Positions 13,203 to 26,613 of a stretch of DNA of 59,663 nucleotides are shown here, in pieces; the stretch's first letter is position 1; each line of letters starts with the position of its first letter. The position numbers and the translations under genes were made by a program. The notes under the pieces are model-generated. The model saw only the letters and a program-made list of their open reading frames with translations, searched no databases and was not told where the DNA came from. This DNA comes from Octopus bimaculoides (lineage: Eukaryota), in contig NC_068992.1 of the NCBI RefSeq assembly GCF_001194135.2, positions 22,874,066 to 22,933,728 on the forward strand. Reading direction: 5' to 3'.

Positions 13203-14049
13203 CATATATCTATCTTTCTGTCATTTTCTCTTTCTATCTCTCTGTCTATCTGTCTATATCCATACATACATATCAATACAGAATTTTATACATATATACA
13301 TATTTATATACAAATGCGTATAAGTATTTCATCTTGTATTTAAACAAATATGCTTAATACTGCAAATGTAGTAACGTTTTTGTCTATGGAGAGATGGTTC
13401 AATGTAGAAAAGCTTCAATATATAACTAAAGTTACTTCATGTGACCTGTTATATACAGATTATTTTTCTTTCCGTTCGATCGGTAGCCGAGTTGAATTAC
13501 AAATCTATTTATTTCTATTGCAGTTCGATCTTGAAGTTGTCTTTCTTTTGTTTAATGTATTCAATTTTTTTCATATTATTTATCATACTAGTCATGCTGC
13601 GATTCCAATATCGATCTTGAATTTATATAAAATGACAGCTGTACTAAGAAAATAAACGAAGTTGTAAGGCGTTTTACGATAAGAAAAAAATAAGGATAAC
13701 ACTATGTACAATATAATAATAATAATAATAAATATGATTATGCACCACAACGATAAAAACAATAATACTATTAAAATCAAAATGAAATTCAATGAAGAAT
13801 AAAAGGATATGAAGTAGTATAACAATAATTAAATAACTGAGATAAAATTTACAATATTTAAATATTGTTATTGTAAATGAATGGTAAATATGGACTGATT
13901 TCGTTTTTGCTCTTTTCTCCTTCTGGATGTCTATATACATCCCTCACTATTCATATGTAGATTTATACAGCGCTTTTCTATAAAGAAGCATGAATATACA
14001 TACACACTCCTGTCTACATGTACTTACACATATATGTGTGTAACGTATA

Positions 14050-14220
<171 letters not shown>

Positions 14221-14342
14221 ATCTGCCTGTGTATTGAAGTACCTTTAGGACTTGATCGACGGTTTCATGAGAATATATTAGCAAATATTCACTCACAGAG
14301 TTTATGTTAGAGGCAATACATCTTGTATAAGAAGCAAGACGT

Positions 14343-14517
14343 CTTAGCGAAATTTCGTCTGTATTTAGTTTCTGAGTTCAAATTCCGCCGAGGTCGACTG
14401 TGCCTTTCATCCTCTCAGGGTCTATAAATTAAGTACCAGTTGTGTACTGAGGTCAATCTAATCAACTGGCTCCCTACTCCCAAAATTTCAGGCATTGAGC
14501 CTAGAGTAGAGAAGAAT
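14343..14517 (+). mobile_element. SINE family A copy
   Basis: ttctgagttcaaattccgccgaggtcgactgtgcctttcatcctctcagggtctataaattaagtaccagttg core plus gcctagagtagagaagaat tail. Confidence 0.88.
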
Positions 14518-14736
14518 ATTTTCAGCGGGAATAAAAACGACGAAGGGATTATTTAGACAAGTAAATGGAAGGAAGTTTTAGGCAAGAGTGTTTATTGCTT
14601 CCCTTGTTTTTGGAAATCAAATATGACTGTTGATATATATACTACATGGACATTAAGTCTTATAATTTGTAAAATATTGCACAATTCTGCAATAGCCACT
14701 ATGATTAGTTCTTATGTATTTGCAGTGAAATACTTG

Positions 14737-14802
<66 letters not shown>

Positions 14803-15439
14803 CACAAATACACACACATATATATAGCTGAATCTTTCTTACGAAAGATACAGACGGCAAAGAACTGATCAAGTCGAATCTGAGACGTTAGACAACAAGT
14901 ATAATAAATGAAATGGAGAAAGTTCAAATCAAGCAAACTATAAAAAACACATATTTATACGGATTTGATAAAGGTAAATATTGTCCAAAAGTCATATATT
15001 AATGTAATGAAAATACATATAAAAATATATGAATATTAAAAATATATATGGACGCGTAAATATATGAATAAACAGAGAGACTAATAATATAATGAAGTAT
15101 AGGATTATAGATAAAAACGCTTAAAAAAATATGGTGAAGAGAAAATATTACATCACAAAGATGTTTAGATTACATTTTAAAAAAGAATATTCCTACGGCC
15201 GTTTCAGGGGTTCAATCCATCGAGTAAAAAGTGGATCTTAAAATTCATTGTCAGAGAACATCATGGAAAAATGTGATGTTTATGGTAGAAATGCCTTCAG
15301 TTCGTTGCTAATTCATGAGGTAAGGAGAAGTTTTATGGAATATATATGCAAACGGTGGAAGTCTATACGAAGGCTGATGGGAGTAAAAGTTACATTACTT
15401 AGTTTCTTTATTAAAATTTATATTTATATTGGCAATATC

Positions 15440-16556
15440 GTGTCATGATGTTAAGCTGTGCGGCATAACATAGTAAGGCTAATGTTGAGTACATTCTGAT
15501 TTAAGAAGTCTCCTGAAAGTTGAGTAATATCTGTGGTTGCATGATTGAATAGCATCGGAAAAATTATAATACGGTAGATTCATACAGGCGGAGAATAGTG
15601 TATGATACTTTTTGGCACATTCTACATCTGCTTATAATCGTGCTGTATGACTTATCTATAATAGACCAAGATAATATATAATTGATGGTCTGTAATTTGA
15701 AATCATGTATGCATCTAGATAGTGGCGTTGAGTTTTTATATTTTAGCTTACTGAAGGAATTTAAATGGGTTCTATATCGTCTCTTAAGATCTATATTGCT
15801 TCCTATGTATACTATTATTTCATGTTTGTCATTTGCCACACTGTATTTATAAATTACATTTTTTCGTAAACAAAATCTAGCGAGCGGACATAATTCGAGA
15901 ACCTTACAATTACATTACAAGTTTTTGCATTCCTATCTTTAATTTTACTCGGATTTATTAAGATTGTGTCGGGTTGGCCTATGTTTAGTTGGGATTAATT
16001 ACATTTATATTTATATAGACTTACATTTTTTTTTTGATTGATGAATTTTATTTGGACTTATATGTGAGTATTTTATGGTGATCTAAGCTTTTAGTCATTT
16101 GAAGTTGAATTTTATTTATCTTTGTGGATGTAAGTATAGATCCCAAATTCGGCGTGGTAGAGTAAGATAACGTTATAGGGTGTTTGGTAAATATGGGGTA
16201 ATATTTGTGGTGCCTAGGAAAATTTAATTTCAAAATCTCAAAGAACAGCTTTGGTGAATTTTTGACTCTGAGACAAAATGGTGGGGGGGGGGCGAACCAA
16301 ATAATTTCTTTTTTTTTCTAGATATAGAGTGGGCAACTATATTAGGGCATTCAGATGTAGAAGGACTATATTTGTTACGGTTACTAAAATGAAGGTTATG
16401 AAGTTTAGTATGGTTAACGAAAGGTTTTGTTATACTTTTTAATCTAAGGAAGAAATCATATTAGTAATTTCAAGTAATTTCAGATGGGAGATTAGCTAAT
16501 TTGGTATTGAGACTGGTGTCAGAGATGCAGAAAATATGTTCATAAAATTTTAGGGC
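15440..16556 (-). mobile_element. Penelope-like retroelement remnant (RT C-terminus plus GIY-YIG endonuclease)
   Basis: ORF 15839-15564 VYIGSNIDLKRRYRTHLNSF..KYKNSTPLSRCIHDFK...LSWSIIDKSYS...RCRMCQKVSYTIL matches the Penelope GIY-YIG pattern. ORF 16233-16048 NFPRHHKYYPIFTKHPITLSYSTTPNLGSIL matches the linker. An IIWFAPP-like motif lies upstream. Confidence 0.88.
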
Positions 16557-16580
16557 TTGCTTATAAAATGGCACATATGC

Positions 16581-16628
<48 letters not shown>

Positions 16629-17203
16629 NNNNNNNNNNNNNNNNNNNNNNNNNNNNNNNNNNNNNNNNNNNNNNNNNNNNNNNNNNNNNNNNNNNNNNNN
16701 NNNNNNNNNNNNNNNNNNNNNNNNNNNNNNNNNNNNNNNNNNNNNNNNNNNNNNNNNNNNNNNNNNNNNNNNNNNNNNNNNNNNNNNNNNNNNNNNNNNN
16801 NNNNNNNNNNNNNNNNNNNNNNNNNNNNNNNNNNNNNNNNNNNNNNNNNNNNNNNNNNNNNNNNNNNNNNNNNNNNNNNNNNNNNNNNNNNNNNNNNNNN
16901 NNNNNNNNNNNNNNNNNNNNNNNNNNNNNNNNNNNNNNNNNNNNNNNNNNNNNNNNNNNNNNNNNNNNNNNNNNNNNNNNNNNNNNNNNNNNNNNNNNNN
17001 NNNNNNNNNNNNNNNNNNNNNNNNNNNNNNNNNNNNNNNNNNNNNNNNNNNNNNNNNNNNNNNNNNNNNNNNNNNNNNNNNNNNNNNNNNNNNNNNNNNN
17101 NNNNNNNNNNNNNNNNNNNNNNNNNNNNNNNNNNNNNNNNNNNNNNNNNNNNNNNNNNNNNNNNNNNNNNNNNNNNNNNNNNNNNNNNNNNNNNNNNNNN
17201 NNN

Positions 17204-17238
<35 letters not shown>

Positions 17239-17961
17239 GTGTGTGTATTATATATATGTACGTATTAATCGCAGATATTATCTATATGTATGTACAAGAT
17301 GCACTAAAGTAACTGTGTACTAATGCAACTGTTCATATATATGAATTTGCTTGAGTACATGATCTCCTAGCCAGAACATAGAGACTAGTATACTGTGTAC
17401 TATCTACACACACCTATGTCCACTCTCCCAAACACACATACGCATATTTACGCATTAAATCGTACAATAAACTGACATACAAGAAATATATATATTCTGC
17501 GTCCGCAGAATTAATTTAATTAATTGCTGGCTATACGTTCGGTCTCGTTTATTTGGAATCAGTCTTACATCTGCGTCCCCGGGCCTATGGTAACTTTCGG
17601 TTCATTGAATGTACTTGAAATGGAATGTGTGATTATCATACTAAGACGTAAGGTTTCTGAGAATAATCCTCATTGTATAGTGCTATTTTTGATTTGCTGA
17701 AAATAAGAATTATATGATGTATTAAAATACGAAAGTAGCAAGGCACTTCTTAAATAGAAAATGAAGTTAGGACATACTTAGATAACTGAACGCTAATCTG
17801 AACATCTGCTCCAAAATAGGCAGCTGGCTCTTCATTTAGTGCATTCTATTATAAATATTCAACTCTTTTATTTAACAATTTTCATACACTCATCTATTTC
17901 AGACTATCCGTAATCATGTAATCACTTCGCTGTTATCTCGATAACAAAAGAAATAGTGTTG

Positions 17962-18314
17962 TCTAATTTTGGTACAAATCCAGAAACTTCGGCGTGTGAT
18001 TGGAGTAGATAACTCGATTACATCGAGGGTAATGCTCAGAAGGTACTTATTTCATCGTCCCACGAAGGATGAAGGGCAAATTCAAATTCAGTGTAATTTG
18101 AAACGCTGCTGAGCGTTTGATCGGCGTGCTAACGATTCTTTTCTACTCTAGGCACAAGGGGAGCGGGATAGCAATTACATCGACCCCAGTAGGCAACTAG
18201 TACTTAATTTATCGACCCTGAAAGGGTGAAAGGCAAAGTCGACCTCGGCGGAATTTGAACTCAGAACGTTAAGAGAGACGAAATACTGCTAAGCATTTCT
18301 GCCAGCTCGCCTCC
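17962..18314 (-). mobile_element. Tandem dimer of SINE family A
   Basis: Two consecutive reverse copies (about 17962-18138, decayed; 18139-18314, better preserved: aggcaaagtcgacctcggcggaatttgaactcagaac). Confidence 0.85.
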
Positions 18315-20369
18315 TTTAAACCAAATCATGATTTTTCAAAATTGTTTTAATAGCATATAAATGTATTTATGTGTAGAAAAATATTCTTTTCTACTCTAGT
18401 AAAAAGGCCTGATTTTTTTTTGAAGGTGATTCCGATGAACAGGCTCAAATTGCATGAACTAATTACTGTTTGTCTTTTAATTTAGCATTTTTGAAGCTGT
18501 TACTTCCTTCATATTCGTTGTACTTGATCTGCATATTGTGGAGAAATGTCACATCCGAGGATTCATTATACAAATGTATAGTTTCTATTGTTTTATCACA
18601 ATTTCTCATTCGTTTAAGGAGGTTTATCTCAACTACCAGACTGGTAGAAAACATTGTAGAGACACATTATCTGATTTATGAAAACATGATTTATTTCATT
18701 ATAAGTGTTTAAATACTTTATTTACTCACACGCACTTTTAATTTAAAGATTAAATAAACGCGGTGCAACTACGAAAGTAAAAGCTACAATAGTCAAACTC
18801 TATAAAATACGAGAGTAGAAAATGCAGCAATATAATTTTGGCAAGCGTCTGTATTTTCCGAGAAGATAAAGAAATGAGAAAAACTCGTATTATGATCAAA
18901 GTCCTCCTTTTGTAGCGATGATGATGTGTTCATCTGAAGATGACATATAGCGTTCAATGCGAAATTGAATATGAGAAAATTGCAATCGCATCTACTAGAA
19001 ACCATAAAAGGTATTGGGTAAAAATTCGACTTTTCGAAGCATTAAATATTATGTGCAAGAAAATTGTAATGATGTTTGAAATACTCACCGAACTCTTTCA
19101 TTAAGAATCAGATTATTCTGTTAGCTTTGATCTGCATCTCAATGCAAACTCGTTTATATATTCAAAATATTTCTGGCAATTGAAGTTGAAGCGGTTCTTG
19201 ATTCTATCGTATCTCACCATTTTGTGTGACACTTTCTGTTGAAAATATATACAATACTTCGACGCCAAATAGAGAATTCTTGTTATTTTAAATGCAAGAT
19301 ATGCTAAAGCAAACATACAATAAAATAAACCATAGAGATAATATTACGAAGTAAATAGTTCACTACTAGAATTATATCTCACAGGCGTTGTTGCATAAGA
19401 AAACGGGGGCGATAACGTCTTTGTTTAATAACATTTAATGGTAAGTTCTTATACCTTTAATCATTAAATAATCGACAGAAATACAAATATGTAATTAAAA
19501 TTAATAACACTATCAGAATAATTCTGCAATTTTGCTTTCGTTTTAAGTTTGAAATCTCTTCTTTCAACTCACTGACGGTATTAGATCTTTATTTCAATTT
19601 ATTCAAATGTAAGATTTTGCATATTTGAGTGACTCTGCTAAAGTAAATCTATAACAGTTAATCACTCAAATATTCTAAATATATGCTAGACAGCGAAATA
19701 TCGGATAATTCTCCCGTTGTCTACTAAAATATGACAAACTTGTGACTTGATTCCAAACACTTAACTTGGTACTCGCGGCTGAAAAGAAGTATCTGGCTCA
19801 TATATATATATATANNNNNNNNNNNNNNNNNNNNNNNNNNNNNNNNNNNNNNNNNNNNNNNNNNNNNNNNNNNNNNNNNNNNNNNNNNNNNNNNNNNNNN
19901 NNNNNNNNNNNNNNNNNNNNNNNNNNNNNNNNNNNNNNNNNNNNNNNNNNNNNNNNNNNNNNNNNNNNNNNNNNNNNNNNNNNNNNNNNNNNNNNNNNNN
20001 NNNNNNNNNNNNNNNNNNNNNNNNNNNNNNNNNNNNNNNNNNNNNNNNNNNNNNNNNNNNNNNNNNNNNNNNNNNNNNNNNNNNNNNNNNNNNNNNNNNN
20101 NNNNNNNNNNNNNNNNNNNNNNNNNNNNNNNNNNNNNNNNNNNNNNNNNNNNNNNNNNNNNNNNNNNNNNNNNNNNNNNNNNNNNNNNNNNNNNNNNNNN
20201 NNNNNNNNNNNNNNNNNNNNNNNNNNNNNNNNNNNNNNNNNNNNNNNNNNNNNNNNNNNNNNNNNNNNNNNNNNNNNNNNNNNNNNNNNNNNNNNNNNNN
20301 NNNNNNTGTGTGCGTAAATATATGTGTCTGTGTATCTGTGTCTGTGTGTGTATATATTACATACACACA

Positions 20370-20408
<39 letters not shown>

Positions 20409-20710
20409 TTAAATAGAGAGAGAGAGATAGAGAGATGATAAGAAAATGGCGGAAAGTAACAATAAGAAGTGTGTCTTTTGCGCTAGGAAGCCATTATTTA
20501 ATTAATTAAGAAAGGTGAGAGTAAGAGTGAGTTTACGATCGTTTCCGTGTACCATGGTGAGGAAAATATATATTTATATTGATGCGTCGTTGCCAATGGT
20601 AGACATCATCAGAACGAAAAAGTCAGCGGGAGAGAAAAGAGCGAAGGATAAAGGGATACATCGGAAAAGAAAATGTTCAAGTTTCGAAAGTCTTACATTA
20701 TTAAGAGTTC

Positions 20711-20902
20711 GTTAAATGCATTAGGAGTATAAGAAGAATGATAGAAGTTAGTTGAATCTGTGGTCTCGTGGTTATATATTAGCATGGCTTCCACGTGGAA
20801 GCCATGCTAATACATAACATGGAAGCCATGCTAATAATTAACCACGAGACCGCAGATTCAACTAACTTCTATTATTCTTCTTATAATCCACATGTATTTA
20901 AC
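20711..20902. repeat. Nested inverted repeat / fold-back element
   Basis: Arms 20724-20774 and 20839-20889 are reverse-complementary at 48/51. Perfect 36-bp palindrome at 20777-20812. Its 17-nt right arm is repeated directly at 20820-20836. Confidence 0.95.
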
Positions 20903-23251
20903 TAAATGCTTGCAATGATGGCCATTACATTTACGTCTTGGGGTCGTAGATTATTCAGCAAGTACCTATGCATCCGATGTAACTGCGATCATATATATTC
21001 ACTACGTCTATTCTAAGCAAGGTCATATTGGATAAAAGCGGGGAGTGAGAGCAAGCATTTGCATTCCGAGGTTGAGCTGTTGATTCGATCATCTAGTTTT
21101 CTGTAGGTTCTTCTATCATGATTTTTTTTGTAATTCCTCTTGCTGACGATATATAAACAATAATAAAAATAAGAACAACATGAATAACGATAATGAAATT
21201 TAATTTAATAACCCAATATTTAATTTAAAATCTTCAGGTTTCAGGAAATATTGCTTCTACGCAAGAAGGGCAAAAACAGCATGGAACTAACCAGTTCCTC
21301 ATGTTCTCGGTCAGGTCTGAAAAAGTGCAAAAAGAAAACAAAATTAAACGTAGGCTTTTATAAATCGGTGAAAACAAATATTACCAGCAATTTCAAGGGG
21401 CGTCATGCAGACACACAAAGGAAGACAAGAACAATTACTAATAATAACGTCATCATTGCTATGAATAATAATAACTTTTTAAAATTATTAATTTTTAAAA
21501 AAATTATTAATTTTTAAAAATTACAACAGCAATAATAATTACTTGCATCAATTTCAGATAAACATCATGTCCATCAAATGTCTCTGTGTGCACCAACTTC
21601 CCATTATAAGAGGTTGGGTTTACCAAATGGCTACTGGCATTACTCCTCCTTTACAGATTAGTGAATATGAAAATTTAAAAACAAAATAACGAGAAATGGT
21701 GAGGAACGCAGTATTTTGTAATTTAATTGTTATGAATTTCATGAAATTTCACAAATACTTTAGTCCTTTAATCATGAACACTGCTGACATTTACTTGGTT
21801 AGAAGAAGGTTAAGCAGCAGGAACAACAAAGGCAAACAATATGCAGAAACCTATTGCAAAGCTACTAGAAAGCATTAGTATTGAATCCTGTGTTATTATT
21901 GAAAGAAAAAAATATGTCAATGTAGCTTCTGATAAAGTTTTTTCTCTGAAAACTGAGAAAGTATTAATGATGACAAAAATAATATTACAAAAATATTACG
22001 TTTATTTTTGAAGGAAAAATGATACTCAAGTTAGAATTATTGATCAGAAATCTATAGATTACCTTTTGAAATATATTGTCCATTATTGATAAAGACTTGT
22101 GAGAATTCAAGAGAGATGTTCTTTAAACTCGTAGGAATAAAAAGAATGTTTTCAATGAAATAATATTAAATAGAATATAAAACCTAACAGTCTTGCTTGA
22201 AAAGTTGAGCATGAATGTCTATTTACATTTATATATATATTTTTTTTTCCAGAAATAAAGGTTCTTTCAAATTTCTAGTTTTATATTCTATAAAATATAA
22301 AATATATTTCCGTGCGACTCTATAGCAAGAGAAAGAGTTCTACAATAGGTGAAAATGTGAATATTTCAAATAGAAACTTCAATGTTCGCTTCAGTTCTGG
22401 AAGCATTAGTGGCAAATACGAGGATATTGTTAGCCATAAATCTCACTTTTGGTCGAGTTACGTTTTTGTTTCTATCTTGTTGCCGTGCTATATAACAGAG
22501 TTTAAGAAAATTCAATCGTAACCCCCCTGTTGGTTTAGATTTGCTTTCTAATGATCATCTCACTGCTCCAGGTGGGGCTGTACCAGCCATGGAATTCAAT
22601 TTTTCTTCACACACCGTACATAAAACAATAATATTTACAGAGGCTACAGTTAGAATCTAAGCACTTCGGTAAACTATGGTTGAGTTATAATCTTCATTGT
22701 TGAAGTATTCTATTCTTTTTGATAACAACATCCTAAATTCGCGGATGGTCGATATTTTGAAATACAATTTGCCTGTTATCGTACAGTTTAATTAGAGTGA
22801 TAAAAAGTGTATGAAACCCAGAGCAGTGTTTTTAGTTTCTATTTTACCGTACTCAATTATCAATCCATATCTTAGTGTTTCGTAGCGCCCCATGGTCTAC
22901 TATTCAATATGTACGATTGGAAACGATTTCCAATGTGTTATGAGATCTCTTTTTGCGGCATCATCTTCGGTTCTATTGTAAATGTATTCCCTAGAAATAT
23001 ATTTTAAGTATACGTTTTCACTTACATATATTTACTTTTTCAGTTACTTCAGTGTTAACATAAGCGTGTTTATATTTTACTGAATAATTTTGTTTATCCA
23101 AATTCCGTAGGAACTTTACAACCAGCAAATAGTCTGTAAATTAAGTTATTTATTGTTATCCATGAACAAACTATTTGAGAATTAATTTCATATTTATTGA
23201 ATACGATCTGCAACGGAGAAGCGGTAGTGTCGACTTTAAGTCTTCTGCAAC

Positions 23252-23296
<45 letters not shown>

Positions 23297-26200
23297 GAAA
23301 ATAGAGAACGATATCAAAATGTACTATATATACTAATCAAAATATGATTAGGGTTGACATCTGGTATTGAACAATTTGTTTTAGATTGATTTAAATGTAC
23401 AACACAAATATAACTCTTTTGATAATAATTGTTACCATAGATTGTAGATGAAATTTTAAAAATAGACTACAACGTGTCTTGTTTATTGTTGTTAGTGGAA
23501 ATAGTTTCTTTGATACACGATACTTTTTTCGTAAATGAATATATTTAAATCTGAAGAAAGCTATATATCTAAGAAGTAACAAACAGATGACTAATCGGGT
23601 TTTCCTCTCTGTTACATTCTCTAACTACATACAATTCTTAACTATTTTATCGACCGTTTCATCTTCCTTCTAATTTATTTATATACGTTTGAGATTTATG
23701 AAAATTCATAACAATTTCTCCGACAAAATGTACAGTATGAAAATTTAGAATGTTCGCCTATACGTCACACAAAATTAACATTCTTCAAAACTTATATGTA
23801 TCACGTAATATTTTCCAATATAACACAAATCATTTGCATTCTTCTGTGCATTATGGAATAATTAAACTTTTATTAAACGTGTTATATGACTTCCACTTAC
23901 TTCTACACATACATCCATAATCCAATTTATCAAACCATCATCATTAAATTAAATTTGAATCTATAAAATGAGAGAGAAAACATTAACCTGCCCATGTAAT
24001 TTTATATGATTAAATATCAAATAGATGGATTTAAATTATATAATTTGTTAATGAATGAGAGGATACGACTTATAAGTTGAAATAAAAACTATGCACAGTA
24101 CAGGAAATTTTATGGTTTATTTTTATTGAGTCAGTGAGTTGTGGATATCTTAAATAAAAGCTAGACTACTTCGTGTAAGTCAGGCGGAGAAAATAAGTAT
24201 TGACAGAACCAAACTGAAATCCAGATTTAAAATAAAGTTTGACTTTTCTATTTTATTTAGAGAAGTAAACACTGATATTCTCATCCCAGGGAGTATATAG
24301 TAATGGATAAGGTGTACTGGATTTGTATGATATAACGATGTTTGTCGGGTATTATGGCCAACACAAAGGAATAGGATAATTAACGTTCATGCAAAAGTTA
24401 AATTCTGAAACTCGTAGAAATATTCATGTACACCATCATTTCTTGAATCACGAGGAACATTTTTCCAAGACTAATATGAAATTCCTTGAGGGATCGAAAG
24501 TAAAATACAATTGGCTAGTTATTGTCTAATTTCATTTGGTCATTTTAGAACCGACATCATACCTTGAAATATAAGACGGTGAAACTAACATCAATATCAA
24601 AAATAAGCTTAATAGTTTCTCCTTCTGGTTACTGAGGCTTCCGGTGCATGTACGGAACATCACGTGATGTCTACTGAAATTTTAATTCGATATTTATTTG
24701 CATATTTACTAATAGTGTTCTTCCTTAACTTACTTACAAGTCACACAGCACAATAATTCTTTTGTGACGATGGTTTACCATTTTGAATATTGTCGTCTCT
24801 CAATTATACTTATATAATACATCGATGCATACATACAGTCATACCCCCCCCCCCACATATATATATGTAATAATATAGCATGTATATAATATCTATATTA
24901 TTTCAGATTATACATATATCATACATATATACATAGGCGGACATATTATGTATGCTTTCATGTATATATATNNNNNNNNNNNNNNNNNNNNNNNNNNNNN
25001 NNNNNNNNNNNNNNNNNNNNNNNNNNNNNNNNNNNNNNNNNNNNNNNNNNNNNNNNNNNNNNNNNNNATATATATGTACATGTATGTGTATGTGTATATG
25101 CATGTATTTATGCATATATTTGTGTATGGATCTGCTATGAATACCCGTGTATGTATTATATTTTGTAGCTATCGTTGCATCTTTGTTTATGTGTGTGTGT
25201 GTGTGTGTTCGTTCTTATTTATAACAGAAGCATATATTCAAGTGTGCAGGTGAGTCATTGTGTTTGCATACGCATTTATACGGGTGAGCTTACCCTTTCA
25301 TCTTTATCTATATAGGAACTCTATTTATTGACGTGTATTCTTTAAAACTAAAATAACTTATGTAAATAGAAATGAAAATCAATTTACACCAGATTTAAAT
25401 TGATATTTTGCACTTGAAACGTCACATCATTCAGAATAAATGTTATTCTTTTTTGGAACTTCTGCATTAGTTAAGTATTTTTCATATATATATCTGAAGT
25501 GAAATATACTTATTACTTTCCATTCAAATGAATCAGATTACTAATAGTATTTCGTAAATTTTCTTCTAAAATTCTTAGCTCTATCCTCATCTTATCTGTT
25601 ATATTAAGTGTGATACTCATTGGCTTGTATACATTTATAGGTTAAGCAGGTATCACAATATATCAACCCCAGTATACAGCAAGACTCATTTAATCTTTTC
25701 AGTTGCGATGGAGCGCTCACATATGTATAACGATGAGGACCGTGTCTTGTGATGTACATATGTTGTGTACTTCTAACTACATAGCACAACACCTCTTTCG
25801 AAATATTATATAATTTGACTTTGAACGAAATACTTTTACTATTTCTAGGACACAAAACGCACGCCAGATCGCGTCTAGTGTTCTTTGAACGCCTGCCTCA
25901 TTGATTCATTTCAACTAATGTTTGTGGAATCAATTCTGTTGATTATGTAATATCTTTAATGCAATGCATTTGAAGTGTTCAGATTTGATTTGGATAAGAT
26001 CTTTTGTATACTATTTCTAGCATATCGAACGAATTCCATATTGTCCGTGTTCCAAATCTTATGCTTCTGTAACTGTTCATTAATTGTTCCTCTCAACGTT
26101 CTTCAATTGCGACATAAAGTCGTATAACAGATAGAAGCAATTGTTTCTTCACTATAACCTTCGAAATAATAAATATAATCTGACACTTTAACTTGCGTGT

Positions 26201-26510
26201 TAATATTGATTTGCATCTTGGACATAAGTCGAAAATATACAAAGCAATATTTGACAGTTACATATTTAATCGACTTCTTAGTCATGTAACGTTAAGAGAA
26301 CTACGCCTAGATTTCAACGCGGTTTCAATTTAGAGCGTGAAGTAACACAGTCTCCAGATACCACCGATCAAGTAGCGCTATGATGAAAGGTGTTCAATCT
26401 ATATACTTCCTATCTTTATGTCAGATGAACGTAATTTGCATGGAATGCATCAGGTTCGATGATACATCATAAGTATATATACATTGTCCGATTAATGAGC
26501 TAAACATAGA

Positions 26511-26613
26511 GGAGACAAACAAAGACAGAAAAAGGGATTAAGTCGATTACATCGACCCCAGTGCGTAACTGGTACTTAATTTATCGACCCCAAAAGGATG
26601 AAAGGCAAACGTC
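26511..26613 (-). mobile_element. SINE family A, 5'-truncated
   Basis: gattaagtcgattacatcgaccccagtgcgtaactggtacttaatttatcgaccccaaaaggatgaaaggcaaa. Confidence 0.85.

Noticed and set aside
19085-19300. Minus-strand donor TTCG|GTGAGT with upstream acceptor-like sites
   Set aside because: All three frames between the acceptors and the donor contain stops; at best a UTR exon
22690-23290. Possible additional Penelope RT remnant on the minus strand
   Set aside because: Only a faint HPRI/DVVI resemblance across frameshifts; not supportable
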